Notes under the pieces: generated by a model
The model's input: the letters and a program-made list of their open reading frames with translations, nothing else
Told to the model about the DNA's origin: nothing
Database searches by the model: none
In this document: positions 24,892 through 32,000 of the stretch, piece by piece
Numbering within the stretch: position 1 is the first letter of the stretch
Layout of the letters: every line of letters begins with the position of its first letter
From: Methanothermobacter thermautotrophicus str. Delta H
GTDB lineage: Archaea; Methanobacteriota; Methanobacteria; Methanobacteriales; Methanothermobacteraceae
Direction of reading: 5' to 3'
DNA length: 32,000 bases
Assembly (NCBI RefSeq): GCF_000008645.1
Contig: NC_000916.1
Location: 1,110,001-1,142,000 of the forward strand
Made by a program: the position numbers and the translations under genes

Positions 24892-25143
24892 TTAATCTGA
24901 AGCCTCAAGGAGGGCCTTCTCCCTCCTCCACAGGCTCAGGTAGTTATCATCATCCCCCACAGGCACTATTTTAAGTCCGAGTTTCCGGTGCTCCTCTATC
25001 CATTCCTCATCAAATACAGGGACCTCTATCTTTATGTGCTCATCGGTGGGGTTTACGACTATGAGGTTGCGGTAGGGGAACTCGAGTTCAACTATGTACC
25101 CTCCGAGGCTTATCATGTGCCTTGGTCTTATCACCATCTTCAT
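24892..25143 (-). CDS. ehbP: Small hydrophilic Ehb subunit
   Basis: ATG 25143 lies behind GGTGAT-N3, 10 nt after the ehbO stop codon. There is no recognisable motif, so the name is given by operon position. Confidence 0.6.
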   Translation of the reverse strand: MKMVIRPRHMISLGGYIVELEFPYRNLIVVNPTDEHIKIEVPVFDEEWIEEHRKLGLKIVPVGDDDNYLSLWRREKALLEASD

Positions 25144-25153
25144 ACTATCACCT

Positions 25154-26143
25154 TCAGACAAATGCTGTGACCAGTGCCAGGACCCCGAGCACCGAAGCCG
25201 CTGCTGTTACAGGGTAGAACTGCTTGAATGTGAATACCGGTGCAAAGGCGCTGAATATGGCCATCAGGATAGGGAAAACCGCCGCAACTGCAATGTTAAC
25301 AAGTATTCCCCAGCTGAGTATGTTCGGTGGCACTCCCAGGAAGAGGACTGAGAAGAGACACCCCAGGGTGAACATTAGGAAACCCCTGGTTATGTAGACA
25401 AAGGCCCGGTAGCGTGCGGCGTACTCCATGTATGGTCCCTCTATCACGTCAGCCTTTGTCTTGAGTATTGCGAAGGGGTACTCGTTGAGGAGTATCATGT
25501 ATCCTATGAAGAAGACAACGGCCCCCACAACACCGGCAAGGGTAAAGAGGACAGGTCCATGGACCGCCTGATATGCCACTATGTCCTTCAGGAAGATGCT
25601 CCCTGACATCACAGCCGGCACAAAGAGTGCAATGTAAATTGGGAAGGAACCAAAGGCTATCAAACGGAATGCCCTCATGGAGCTCAGATCTTCAAGGAAA
25701 TACCTCTGAAGATCCGGGTGCTTCGCCCCCCTTGCAAGGTCAGGGAAGGGCATCCCCATGGACATGACAGACCTTGAGAGGGAACCCATGAATACATATA
25801 TGACCTCCTCTATCTTCAGGAACCCGACGATGGCAACAAGGCTTGCCAGGGCCCCCAGAGTGTACATTGGTGGTATTAGGAAGAGCAGTATGAGGAGGGC
25901 TGATATGAAGCCTACTATCGGGAGTGAATTGTAGAGCCTTGGCAGGGGTGAGGATGGCCTGACTGTCTTTTTATAGAAGAACTTGAGGGCTGCCATGAGC
26001 CCCGGGCTTGAGACAGGTGGTCCTATCCTCTGCTGTATCCTTGCATGCACGAATTTTCTTTCAATACCCGGGAGCCAGAGGCTCACAAGCAATCCCAGTA
26101 TTACCGTTCCCAAAACCGTTACAGCTGAGTATGATGGATCCAT
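25154..26143 (-). CDS. ehbO: Energy-converting hydrogenase B integral membrane subunit (NuoH/HycD-like)
   Basis: This is a 329-aa polytopic protein with the N-terminal [15 protein letters not shown] motif typical of NuoH/HycD/EchB. Confidence 0.85.
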   Translation of the reverse strand: MDPSYSAVTVLGTVILGLLVSLWLPGIERKFVHARIQQRIGPPVSSPGLMAALKFFYKKTVRPSSPLPRLYNSLPIVGFISALLILLFLIPPMYTLGALASLVAIVGFLKIEEVIYVFMGSLSRSVMSMGMPFPDLARGAKHPDLQRYFLEDLSSMRAFRLIAFGSFPIYIALFVPAVMSGSIFLKDIVAYQAVHGPVLFTLAGVVGAVVFFIGYMILLNEYPFAILKTKADVIEGPYMEYAARYRAFVYITRGFLMFTLGCLFSVLFLGVPPNILSWGILVNIAVAAVFPILMAIFSAFAPVFTFKQFYPVTAAASVLGVLALVTAFV

Positions 26144-26147
26144 TAAA

Positions 26148-27284
26148 TCACCTGCGAGGATTATCAGACAGATCTACAATTTCTATGGCCCTGTCTGTGC
26201 ATGTGAAGCAGGGGTCGCACTGCACTATGCCCAGCTGGGCGTCAGTGATGTGGTGGCCTATGCATGCATACTGCATTGCCCCTATGTTTGACATGGAGGG
26301 TGTCCTTATCACCGAACCCCTGACCCTCCCATCCTCTATTGCATAGGAGTGGTAGAGTCTTCCGCGTGGTGCCTCCACATAGCTCTTGATGATGCCTGTG
26401 TCCTGCATCTCCCAGCTCCTGTCAACAACCTTACCCCCTGGTAAATCCCTTAGGGCCTGTCTTATGATCTTCACTGATTCAAATATCTCAAGGACACGCA
26501 TGAGGAGGTTTGCCCTGACATCACCTTCATCCTGTGTTATAACCTCAAATTCGAAGGGGTCGTAGCATGGCATCTCACGTCTGATGTCAAGGTCCACGCC
26601 GGTTGCCCTCAGGGTCGGTCCTGTGACGTGTAACCTCAGAGCATCCTTTCTGCTTATGGGGCAGACCCCTGTTATACGGGACATTATCATGGGATCGGAG
26701 GTGAACCTCTCGGCGAAGGCCTCCACCTTTTCCTCGATGAGGTCAATGCCCTCCCTTATCCTCTGTACCTTCATCTCATCAAGGTCAGCCCGGGGCCTTA
26801 TTCCCCCTATTATGGGGACGCCGTACTGTACCCTGTTACCCCCTATGAGCCTTAGAAGTTCCATGACAGTCTCCCTTATGTAGAAGAGCCTCATGGAGAA
26901 GGTCTCATGGCCCAGAACCTCATTTCCATGTGCAAGGTAAAGTAGGTGGCTGTGGAGCCTTTCGAGTTCACCGATGATTATCCTTATGTAGGATGCCCTC
27001 TCAGGTATCTCAACCCCGAGGCCCTTCTCAGCAACCAGGACAGAGTTCCAGAGGTGGACGCCTGAACAGATACCGCAGACCTTCTCGGTGAGGCTGTTGG
27101 CCTTCTCAACCGGGAGGCCCTCCATTATCCTCTCGATTCCCCTGTGGTTCACGCCAACCGTTATCTCGGCGTCCCGTACTATCTCATCCTCCACGAAGAG
27201 CCTTACACGGTAGGGTTCTATGGCTGCTGAATGCACGGGCCCCATTGCTATTTCCGTCTCTATTATCTCCTCTTTTCCATCCAT
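26148..27284 (-). CDS. ehbN: Energy-converting [NiFe] hydrogenase B large subunit
   Basis: The Ni-binding motifs are [10 protein letters not shown]-type ([11 protein letters not shown]) and the C-terminal [10 protein letters not shown] place the start at ATG 27284 behind AGGTG; the track start 27350 overlaps ehbM. Confidence 0.92.
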   Translation of the reverse strand: MDGKEEIIETEIAMGPVHSAAIEPYRVRLFVEDEIVRDAEITVGVNHRGIERIMEGLPVEKANSLTEKVCGICSGVHLWNSVLVAEKGLGVEIPERASYIRIIIGELERLHSHLLYLAHGNEVLGHETFSMRLFYIRETVMELLRLIGGNRVQYGVPIIGGIRPRADLDEMKVQRIREGIDLIEEKVEAFAERFTSDPMIMSRITGVCPISRKDALRLHVTGPTLRATGVDLDIRREMPCYDPFEFEVITQDEGDVRANLLMRVLEIFESVKIIRQALRDLPGGKVVDRSWEMQDTGIIKSYVEAPRGRLYHSYAIEDGRVRGSVIRTPSMSNIGAMQYACIGHHITDAQLGIVQCDPCFTCTDRAIEIVDLSDNPRR

Positions 27285-27303
27285 TGTAAGCACCTGAATC
27301 TGT

Positions 27304-27750
27304 TCAATCCGCCTCCAGCAGTTTTGGAAGTGCCGCCACTGCACCTGCAAGTACGTCCTCTGGCCTTACTGCGCAGCCCGGGACCTTGGCATCAACTGGT
27401 ATGACCTTGTCCACTGGGCCGCAGATCTCCTCAGAGGGTATGTCCCCGTGTATGTTCTTGTAGACACCGCCCATGAGTGCGCATGCACCTGCAGCTATAA
27501 CTGCCTTTGGTTCGGGTATTGCATTGTATATGGCCTTCAGTGGTTCCTCGTTCTGCTTTGTAACCGGACCCGTTACTATGAGGACATCGGCCTCCCTTGG
27601 GTTCCATGTGAGGAATATTTTGTACTGTTCAGCATCATATTTCGGTGAGAAAACTGCGTTTACGATCTCTATATCGCAGCCATTGCATCCCCCTGTGTAT
27701 ACGAGCATTGCATGTACTGCCCTTGCCCTTGAAAATGATTTAAGTCCCAT
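27304..27750 (-). CDS. ehbM: Energy-converting [NiFe] hydrogenase B small subunit (NuoB-like, one [4Fe-4S])
   Basis: The cysteine pattern is GGCNGCDIE ... GACALMGG ... VPGCAVRPE. Confidence 0.92.
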   Translation of the reverse strand: MGLKSFSRARAVHAMLVYTGGCNGCDIEIVNAVFSPKYDAEQYKIFLTWNPREADVLIVTGPVTKQNEEPLKAIYNAIPEPKAVIAAGACALMGGVYKNIHGDIPSEEICGPVDKVIPVDAKVPGCAVRPEDVLAGAVAALPKLLEAD

Positions 27751-27756
27751 TTTGCA

Positions 27757-28278
27757 TCACCTGATCCTCCTTGCAGCCTCTGCAAGGGTATCGGTCTTCA
27801 TAACACTCTTATCAGCCAGGAACTGTGATATGAATCTGAGTTTATCTTCTGATATCTTAACTGGTTTCTTTAGCACCCTCCCTGCGTCGAAATCAACCTC
27901 TCCCACATCGTTGGGGTGTATGGTTCCGGGTTCACCGAAGAGTGCGTAGAGGGGGCAGAAGTCGTGACAGTAGTAACAGTGAACGCATTTTTCACTGTTC
28001 AGTACCGGTAACTGTTTCTTCACGAGACCCTCAATTATCTCAACGGGTTCATCCAGGTCCCTCATCTCAATGGCCCCTGTGGGGCAGGCGTTGGAGCACC
28101 CTGCGCATCCTATGCATGAGACCTCGGCGACCTTGGGTTCGGGTTCCACCCTCCCCTCAAGGATCCTCCTTCGCAGTTCCATATCTGTCACACGGTCCGC
28201 TGCAAGGAATATCCTCTTCAGGTTGGTGTAGGATCCCTCCAGCATTATCCTTAGAAGATTCTTCACGTGATCCACCAT
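27757..28278 (-). CDS. ehbL: 2x[4Fe-4S] ferredoxin subunit of Ehb
   Basis: The protein contains two motifs, [12 protein letters not shown] and [12 protein letters not shown]. Confidence 0.85.
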   Translation of the reverse strand: MVDHVKNLLRIMLEGSYTNLKRIFLAADRVTDMELRRRILEGRVEPEPKVAEVSCIGCAGCSNACPTGAIEMRDLDEPVEIIEGLVKKQLPVLNSEKCVHCYYCHDFCPLYALFGEPGTIHPNDVGEVDFDAGRVLKKPVKISEDKLRFISQFLADKSVMKTDTLAEAARRIR

Positions 28279-28281
28279 CCA

Positions 28282-29628
28282 TTAATCTGATGCAAATTCC
28301 CTCTCAAATATGACAGCCCTGGCAGGGCATATGTTGGAGCATGCACCACAGTGTATGCATTTATCATCATCAACTATCATCAATCCGCTTTCATCCCTTG
28401 ATATGGCATCCTCTGGGCAAACATCCAGACAGAGGCCGCATCCTATGCAGAGTCTCGGGTCTATGAGGGTGAATCCGCCCTTTATACTTCTCTTCTTCAT
28501 GGTTGTTCTGGGTATCGCATCGACAGGGCAGTGTATGCCACACTTCTCACACAGTATGCATCTGTCGGTGTCCACCTCTATGGACCCTCTGCGGAGGGTT
28601 ATGGCATCCACAGGACATAACTCGGAGCATATACCACATGATATGCAGTCTTCTGAGACTGATCCATCCCATCTGACCGTCTGGAAGCTCCTTGCCTCAC
28701 TAACATCACAGACATTAACGCACCGGCCACATGAAACACAGTAACCCCTGAGCTCCCCATCAACCATCCGCAGTGTGCCCACAGGGCATGCCTCGATGCA
28801 TGGTGTCTCATCACAGTCCCTGCAGAGTGTCGGGTCATATCTTAGTTTGCCATCAACCATCCTTAGGGCGCCCCTTTCACAGGACTCCGCGCAGAGGCCG
28901 CAGTTGAGGCAGGACACTATGCTGCCCTCACCCCTGTCCTCTGCTCTCCTTATTTTCACCTTGAAGTCGTCAATGTATATTGCATTGCTGGGGCATTCCC
29001 TCATGCATTTGAGGCAGAGGGTGCATTTTTCAGGGTCGATTTCGAGGTCCTCTATTGCACCGACCGGACAGACATCCTCACAGACACGGCACTCCGTACA
29101 TACGCCCTCCCCGGTATCAACGATAATGGCGCCGGTGGGGCAGTAGTACTGGCACCTCCTGCAGAGGGTGCATCTATCTGTGTCGGTGACCACGTTGACC
29201 CTGGTGGCCTCATGACTCCTGGGAGTCCTCTTCACCGGTGGCTTCACTGCAAGGTTCAGTGATTCGAGGAATCGAAGCTGTCTGTCCTCTATGAGGTCAA
29301 AGGCGTCCACCCTTGCACCGAGGGGACATGCATCCACGCAGAGACCGCACCTTGCGCATATGCCCTTAACAACACCATCCTCTATCTTTATACTGTTAAC
29401 AGGGCAGGTCATCTCACATACACCGCAGGCATTGCACTTGGCCCTGTCAACAACGTATCCACCGTACCTGTTCCTGCGTATTGCCTTGTTGGGGCAGGCC
29501 TCCATGCAGGCGCCGCAGGTTATGCAGCTGAAGGCCCTGCCATCGATCATCCTTATGGCTTCTGTAGGGCATGCCTTAACACATTCCCCGAGTCCCTCAC
29601 ATTTTCCTGTTGATATGAACATGATCAT
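28282..29628 (-). CDS. ehbK: Polyferredoxin subunit of Ehb (14 [4Fe-4S]-type motifs)
   Basis: I counted 14 Cys-cluster motifs in 448 aa, mostly CxxCxxCxxxCP. Confidence 0.9.
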   Translation of the reverse strand: MIMFISTGKCEGLGECVKACPTEAIRMIDGRAFSCITCGACMEACPNKAIRRNRYGGYVVDRAKCNACGVCEMTCPVNSIKIEDGVVKGICARCGLCVDACPLGARVDAFDLIEDRQLRFLESLNLAVKPPVKRTPRSHEATRVNVVTDTDRCTLCRRCQYYCPTGAIIVDTGEGVCTECRVCEDVCPVGAIEDLEIDPEKCTLCLKCMRECPSNAIYIDDFKVKIRRAEDRGEGSIVSCLNCGLCAESCERGALRMVDGKLRYDPTLCRDCDETPCIEACPVGTLRMVDGELRGYCVSCGRCVNVCDVSEARSFQTVRWDGSVSEDCISCGICSELCPVDAITLRRGSIEVDTDRCILCEKCGIHCPVDAIPRTTMKKRSIKGGFTLIDPRLCIGCGLCLDVCPEDAISRDESGLMIVDDDKCIHCGACSNICPARAVIFEREFASD

Positions 29629-29640
29629 AACCCCATGAGA

Positions 29641-29871
29641 TTATCCGCGTCCAAATAATATCCTGCCTGCCATTATACCCGCTGCTGCAGCCACAAATCC
29701 CGTGGCGATGGGTAGGTCCGTGTAGTAAGGGAATGGACCAAGGTTCCAGGCCACGAGGATGAGGGCCAGGATCAACACTATGTAGGATGACGGCGGGAAA
29801 GTGTCATCCCTTACCCTGCTTCCGAGTATGAATCCCAGTATGAATCCAAAGATTATTGGTCCTGCAAACAT
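29641..29871 (-). CDS. ehbJ: Small integral membrane Ehb subunit
   Basis: This is a 76-aa protein with two predicted TM helices. The name is given by operon position. Confidence 0.65.
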   Translation of the reverse strand: MFAGPIIFGFILGFILGSRVRDDTFPPSSYIVLILALILVAWNLGPFPYYTDLPIATGFVAAAAGIMAGRILFGRG

Positions 29872-29885
29872 TTCTCAACTCCCCT

Positions 29886-30347
29886 CTATTCGGTGACCTC
29901 TTCACCCCTGAACTCCATGAAGGTTATAACAATTGCACTGAGACCCACCATGACCTTCAGGCCCACCACGATGTTCAGGTAGGGTATTATACCTGCATCT
30001 GTGGGGTCGGGATAGTTGAAGAACCCGCTGACGGCATGAGATACTCCGTACAGGTCAACTCCCAGGTTGTAGAGGAAGAAGCCTGAGAATAAGAGACCGC
30101 AGAGCCCAAGACCAACATATCCGAGGGCTACTATGCTCTCCATTGCAGACATGAATTCATGGGAAAACTGGAAGGGGCTCCTTTCAATTCCATAGACAAC
30201 TGCACAGAATATGAACCCTGCTGCAACCATGGCACCGCCCTGGAATCCTCCGCCGGGTGTTATGTGCCCTCCCAGTACTGTGAGGATTCCCAGACACATT
30301 ATGAATATGGCTGCAGGGAATGCGAATATCTTAAGTATGGTACTCAT
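29886..30347 (-). CDS. ehbI: Integral membrane Ehb subunit, MnhB/MrpB-like
   Basis: The motif [13 protein letters not shown] is typical of MnhB-domain proteins. An ATGA overlap links it to ehbH. Confidence 0.8.
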   Translation of the reverse strand: MSTILKIFAFPAAIFIMCLGILTVLGGHITPGGGFQGGAMVAAGFIFCAVVYGIERSPFQFSHEFMSAMESIVALGYVGLGLCGLLFSGFFLYNLGVDLYGVSHAVSGFFNYPDPTDAGIIPYLNIVVGLKVMVGLSAIVITFMEFRGEEVTE

Positions 30348-30652
30348 CTCTCCTTCCCTCCCTTATCTGAACTCCCAATCTGAACCTTACCCCTTCCAAA
30401 GACCAGAAGGGTTACCAGTACCGCCGTGACGAGTATAAGGGCCTCCCCCAGGGTATCGTAGGCCCTCCAGTCAAACACCACAACGGTGACCATGTTGGGG
30501 GCTATCTTTGTCCCAATGTAGTTGTATATGATGCTTATGCCAGGGTTTATCATCCCGCTAAGGTCTATTATGGCGTCGAAGAGTGTGACTCCAAAGAGTC
30601 CGAGTGCCACTGTAGCCATTAGACCCCTCAGTGATTCAGACACCGGCACCAC
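30344..30652 (-). CDS. ehbH: Integral membrane Ehb subunit, MnhB N-terminal (DUF4040)-like
   Basis: [18 protein letters not shown] matches the (D/W)xRxxDT(L/F)GE motif of MrpA/MnhB-related proteins. The start could be GTG 30652 or ATG 30619. Confidence 0.75.
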   Translation of the reverse strand: MVPVSESLRGLMATVALGLFGVTLFDAIIDLSGMINPGISIIYNYIGTKIAPNMVTVVVFDWRAYDTLGEALILVTAVLVTLLVFGRGKVQIGSSDKGGKER

Positions 30653-30983
30653 CCCAGTAGAATATGGATACCAGTATTCCCAGTGTCAGGAGTACGTAGA
30701 ACATCATTGTGCTGAAACCATCCCCCTGTTCGGTCCTGAGCCTCGCCGACACTGGAAACGATGTCAGCAGAACCGCTGCAAGTAAGAGAACCGCGATGAC
30801 CATGAGGATGAAGTTCAGCTTCCTGAGCATCACCGCGGCTATGAGGACCGCTGAGATGAATGTTATCTCGGCTGTGAGGGCGGCTGAGACTGAGATGTTG
30901 CTCTCACCGTCCCCCCTCTCTCCTGTAACCTTCCTTATCCTGTTGATTATCTCATCATAGAAGTTCATTCCATCCCCTCTCAT
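30636..30983 (-). CDS. ehbG: Small integral membrane Ehb subunit
   Basis: Three TM segments are predicted. ATG 30983 forms an ATGA overlap with the ehbF stop codon, and ATG 30968 behind GAGGGGATGGA is an alternative. The track start 31031 lies inside ehbF. Confidence 0.7.
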   Translation of the reverse strand: MRGDGMNFYDEIINRIRKVTGERGDGESNISVSAALTAEITFISAVLIAAVMLRKLNFILMVIAVLLLAAVLLTSFPVSARLRTEQGDGFSTMMFYVLLTLGILVSIFYWGGAGV

Positions 30984-32000
30984 ATTATAAGACCCTGTAT
31001 GAGTGCCGTGAACTGTGAGGTTGCAAGCCATGGTGCGATTCCAAGGACGGTGCAGATTATGATGAGCACCACCATTGAGAAGACCGTTGACCTGGGCACG
31101 GACCTGGATTCCAGCTCCATCCCCCTGGGCTCCGGTTTGAGGTAAACCGAATAGAAGGCTCTCATGAATGTCATGAAGGTTACTATGCTGAGGAGTATCA
31201 TGAGGATACCGAGCTCAGGGACCCCTGCCTGAATCGCTGCCTGGATCAGGCGCAGTTTGCTCTGGAATACATTGAATGGTGGCACCCCTGCCATTATGAA
31301 CCCTGAAAGCATCACAAGACCTGCAAGTCCTGGCTTATATGCCAGGAGACCTCCCATGGCCTCCGGGTCTGTTTTACCCGTCATGTAGAATATGGTTCCA
31401 AAGCCCAAGAATATGCATGCCGTTATCAGGGCCTCGTTCACTGCCTGGAATAGTCCGGCTGATATGCTGGCGGCTGTTCCAAGGCCAAGGCCTATCCCTA
31501 TGTATCCCAGCTCCCCCACTGCAAGGAAACCTATCATCCTCCTCAGATCGGTCTGCATGAGTGCCATGCTTATACCCAGGACCATCCCCGCCAGGGAGAA
31601 GAACACCATCACCCACCTCACGAGGGGGACATGGTAGAACATTCTGAGTATCACAATGGCCAGGGCCGTGAATGTGAACACAGAGAAGGCCTGGAGGAGT
31701 GCTGATCCATGTGGGAGGGCCTTGCTGTAGATGGCAGATTTTATTGTGTGGAAGGGTGGCAATCCTGTCCCGTAGAGCCACCCGAAGATTAGCAGTGCTG
31801 ATGCCAGGAGGAACAGTGGACTTCCCGGGTTAACGAGACCGCTCCTCATTGAGTACACAATATCAGATATGTTCACGTTACCTGTCAGAGCCAGAAGGAT
31901 GCCCACACCCAGCAGCAGCATGGGGACCGCAACCCCACCTATCATCATGTACTTGAGGGCGGTTTCATAGTTACGCTCCACCCCCGAGCAGAGGACCACA
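30980..32000 (-). CDS. ehbF: Ehb membrane subunit, NuoL/NuoN/MrpD-type antiporter-like (5' end lies outside the window)
   Basis: The ORF is open to the window edge. It encodes a polytopic protein with antiporter-like segments ([32 protein letters not shown]). Confidence 0.85.
   Translation of the reverse strand, partial: VVLCSGVERNYETALKYMMIGGVAVPMLLLGVGILLALTGNVNISDIVYSMRSGLVNPGSPLFLLASALLIFGWLYGTGLPPFHTIKSAIYSKALPHGSALLQAFSVFTFTALAIVILRMFYHVPLVRWVMVFFSLAGMVLGISMALMQTDLRRMIGFLAVGELGYIGIGLGLGTAASISAGLFQAVNEALITACIFLGFGTIFYMTGKTDPEAMGGLLAYKPGLAGLVMLSGFIMAGVPPFNVFQSKLRLIQAAIQAGVPELGILMILLSIVTFMTFMRAFYSVYLKPEPRGMELESRSVPRSTVFSMVVLIIICTVLGIAPWLATSQFTALIQGLII

Overview
This is a dense archaeal chromosome segment from a hydrogenotrophic methanogen. 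Gene content, protein lengths and gene order match what I remember of Methanothermobacter thermautotrophicus (roughly MTH1207 to MTH1246). That match is recollection, not a database search. I call about 40 protein genes and see no rRNA, tRNA, CRISPR array or transposase. From left to right the window holds: the tail of a ComE-like TPP decarboxylase; the split family-B DNA polymerase subunit PolB1; an AT-rich two-gene islet (ASCH-like small protein plus a DUF1802-like::Mrr nuclease fusion); an AI-2E permease; pyrD-pyrK; and nop5-flpA. An ~11-kb all-minus-strand run follows: DUF366, queD, queE, five tandem CBS-only paralogues, RNA ligase, pheA, a membrane protein and lipoprotein pair, a KH protein and coaBC. 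After that come a divergent PPC/nucleotidyltransferase pair, hom, a solo Cas4-like protein, a small acidic protein, and the distal genes (ehbF to ehbQ) of the energy-converting [NiFe] hydrogenase Ehb operon. The best candidates for something undescribed are: (1) the AT-rich islet as a candidate modification-dependent restriction module with an unusual reader domain; (2) the tightly packed five-gene CBS array coupled to queDE, an RNA ligase and a pheA that lacks a canonical start codon; (3) a solo Cas4-like Fe-S protein whose nuclease triad looks replaced; (4) an orphan promoter/hairpin/oligo-T unit carrying a 16S 3'-end mimic in a convergent spacer. All functional calls come from by-eye motif recognition. 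Start codons were refined using the locally recurrent GGTGAT-N3-ATG and ATGA/GTGA overlap patterns.
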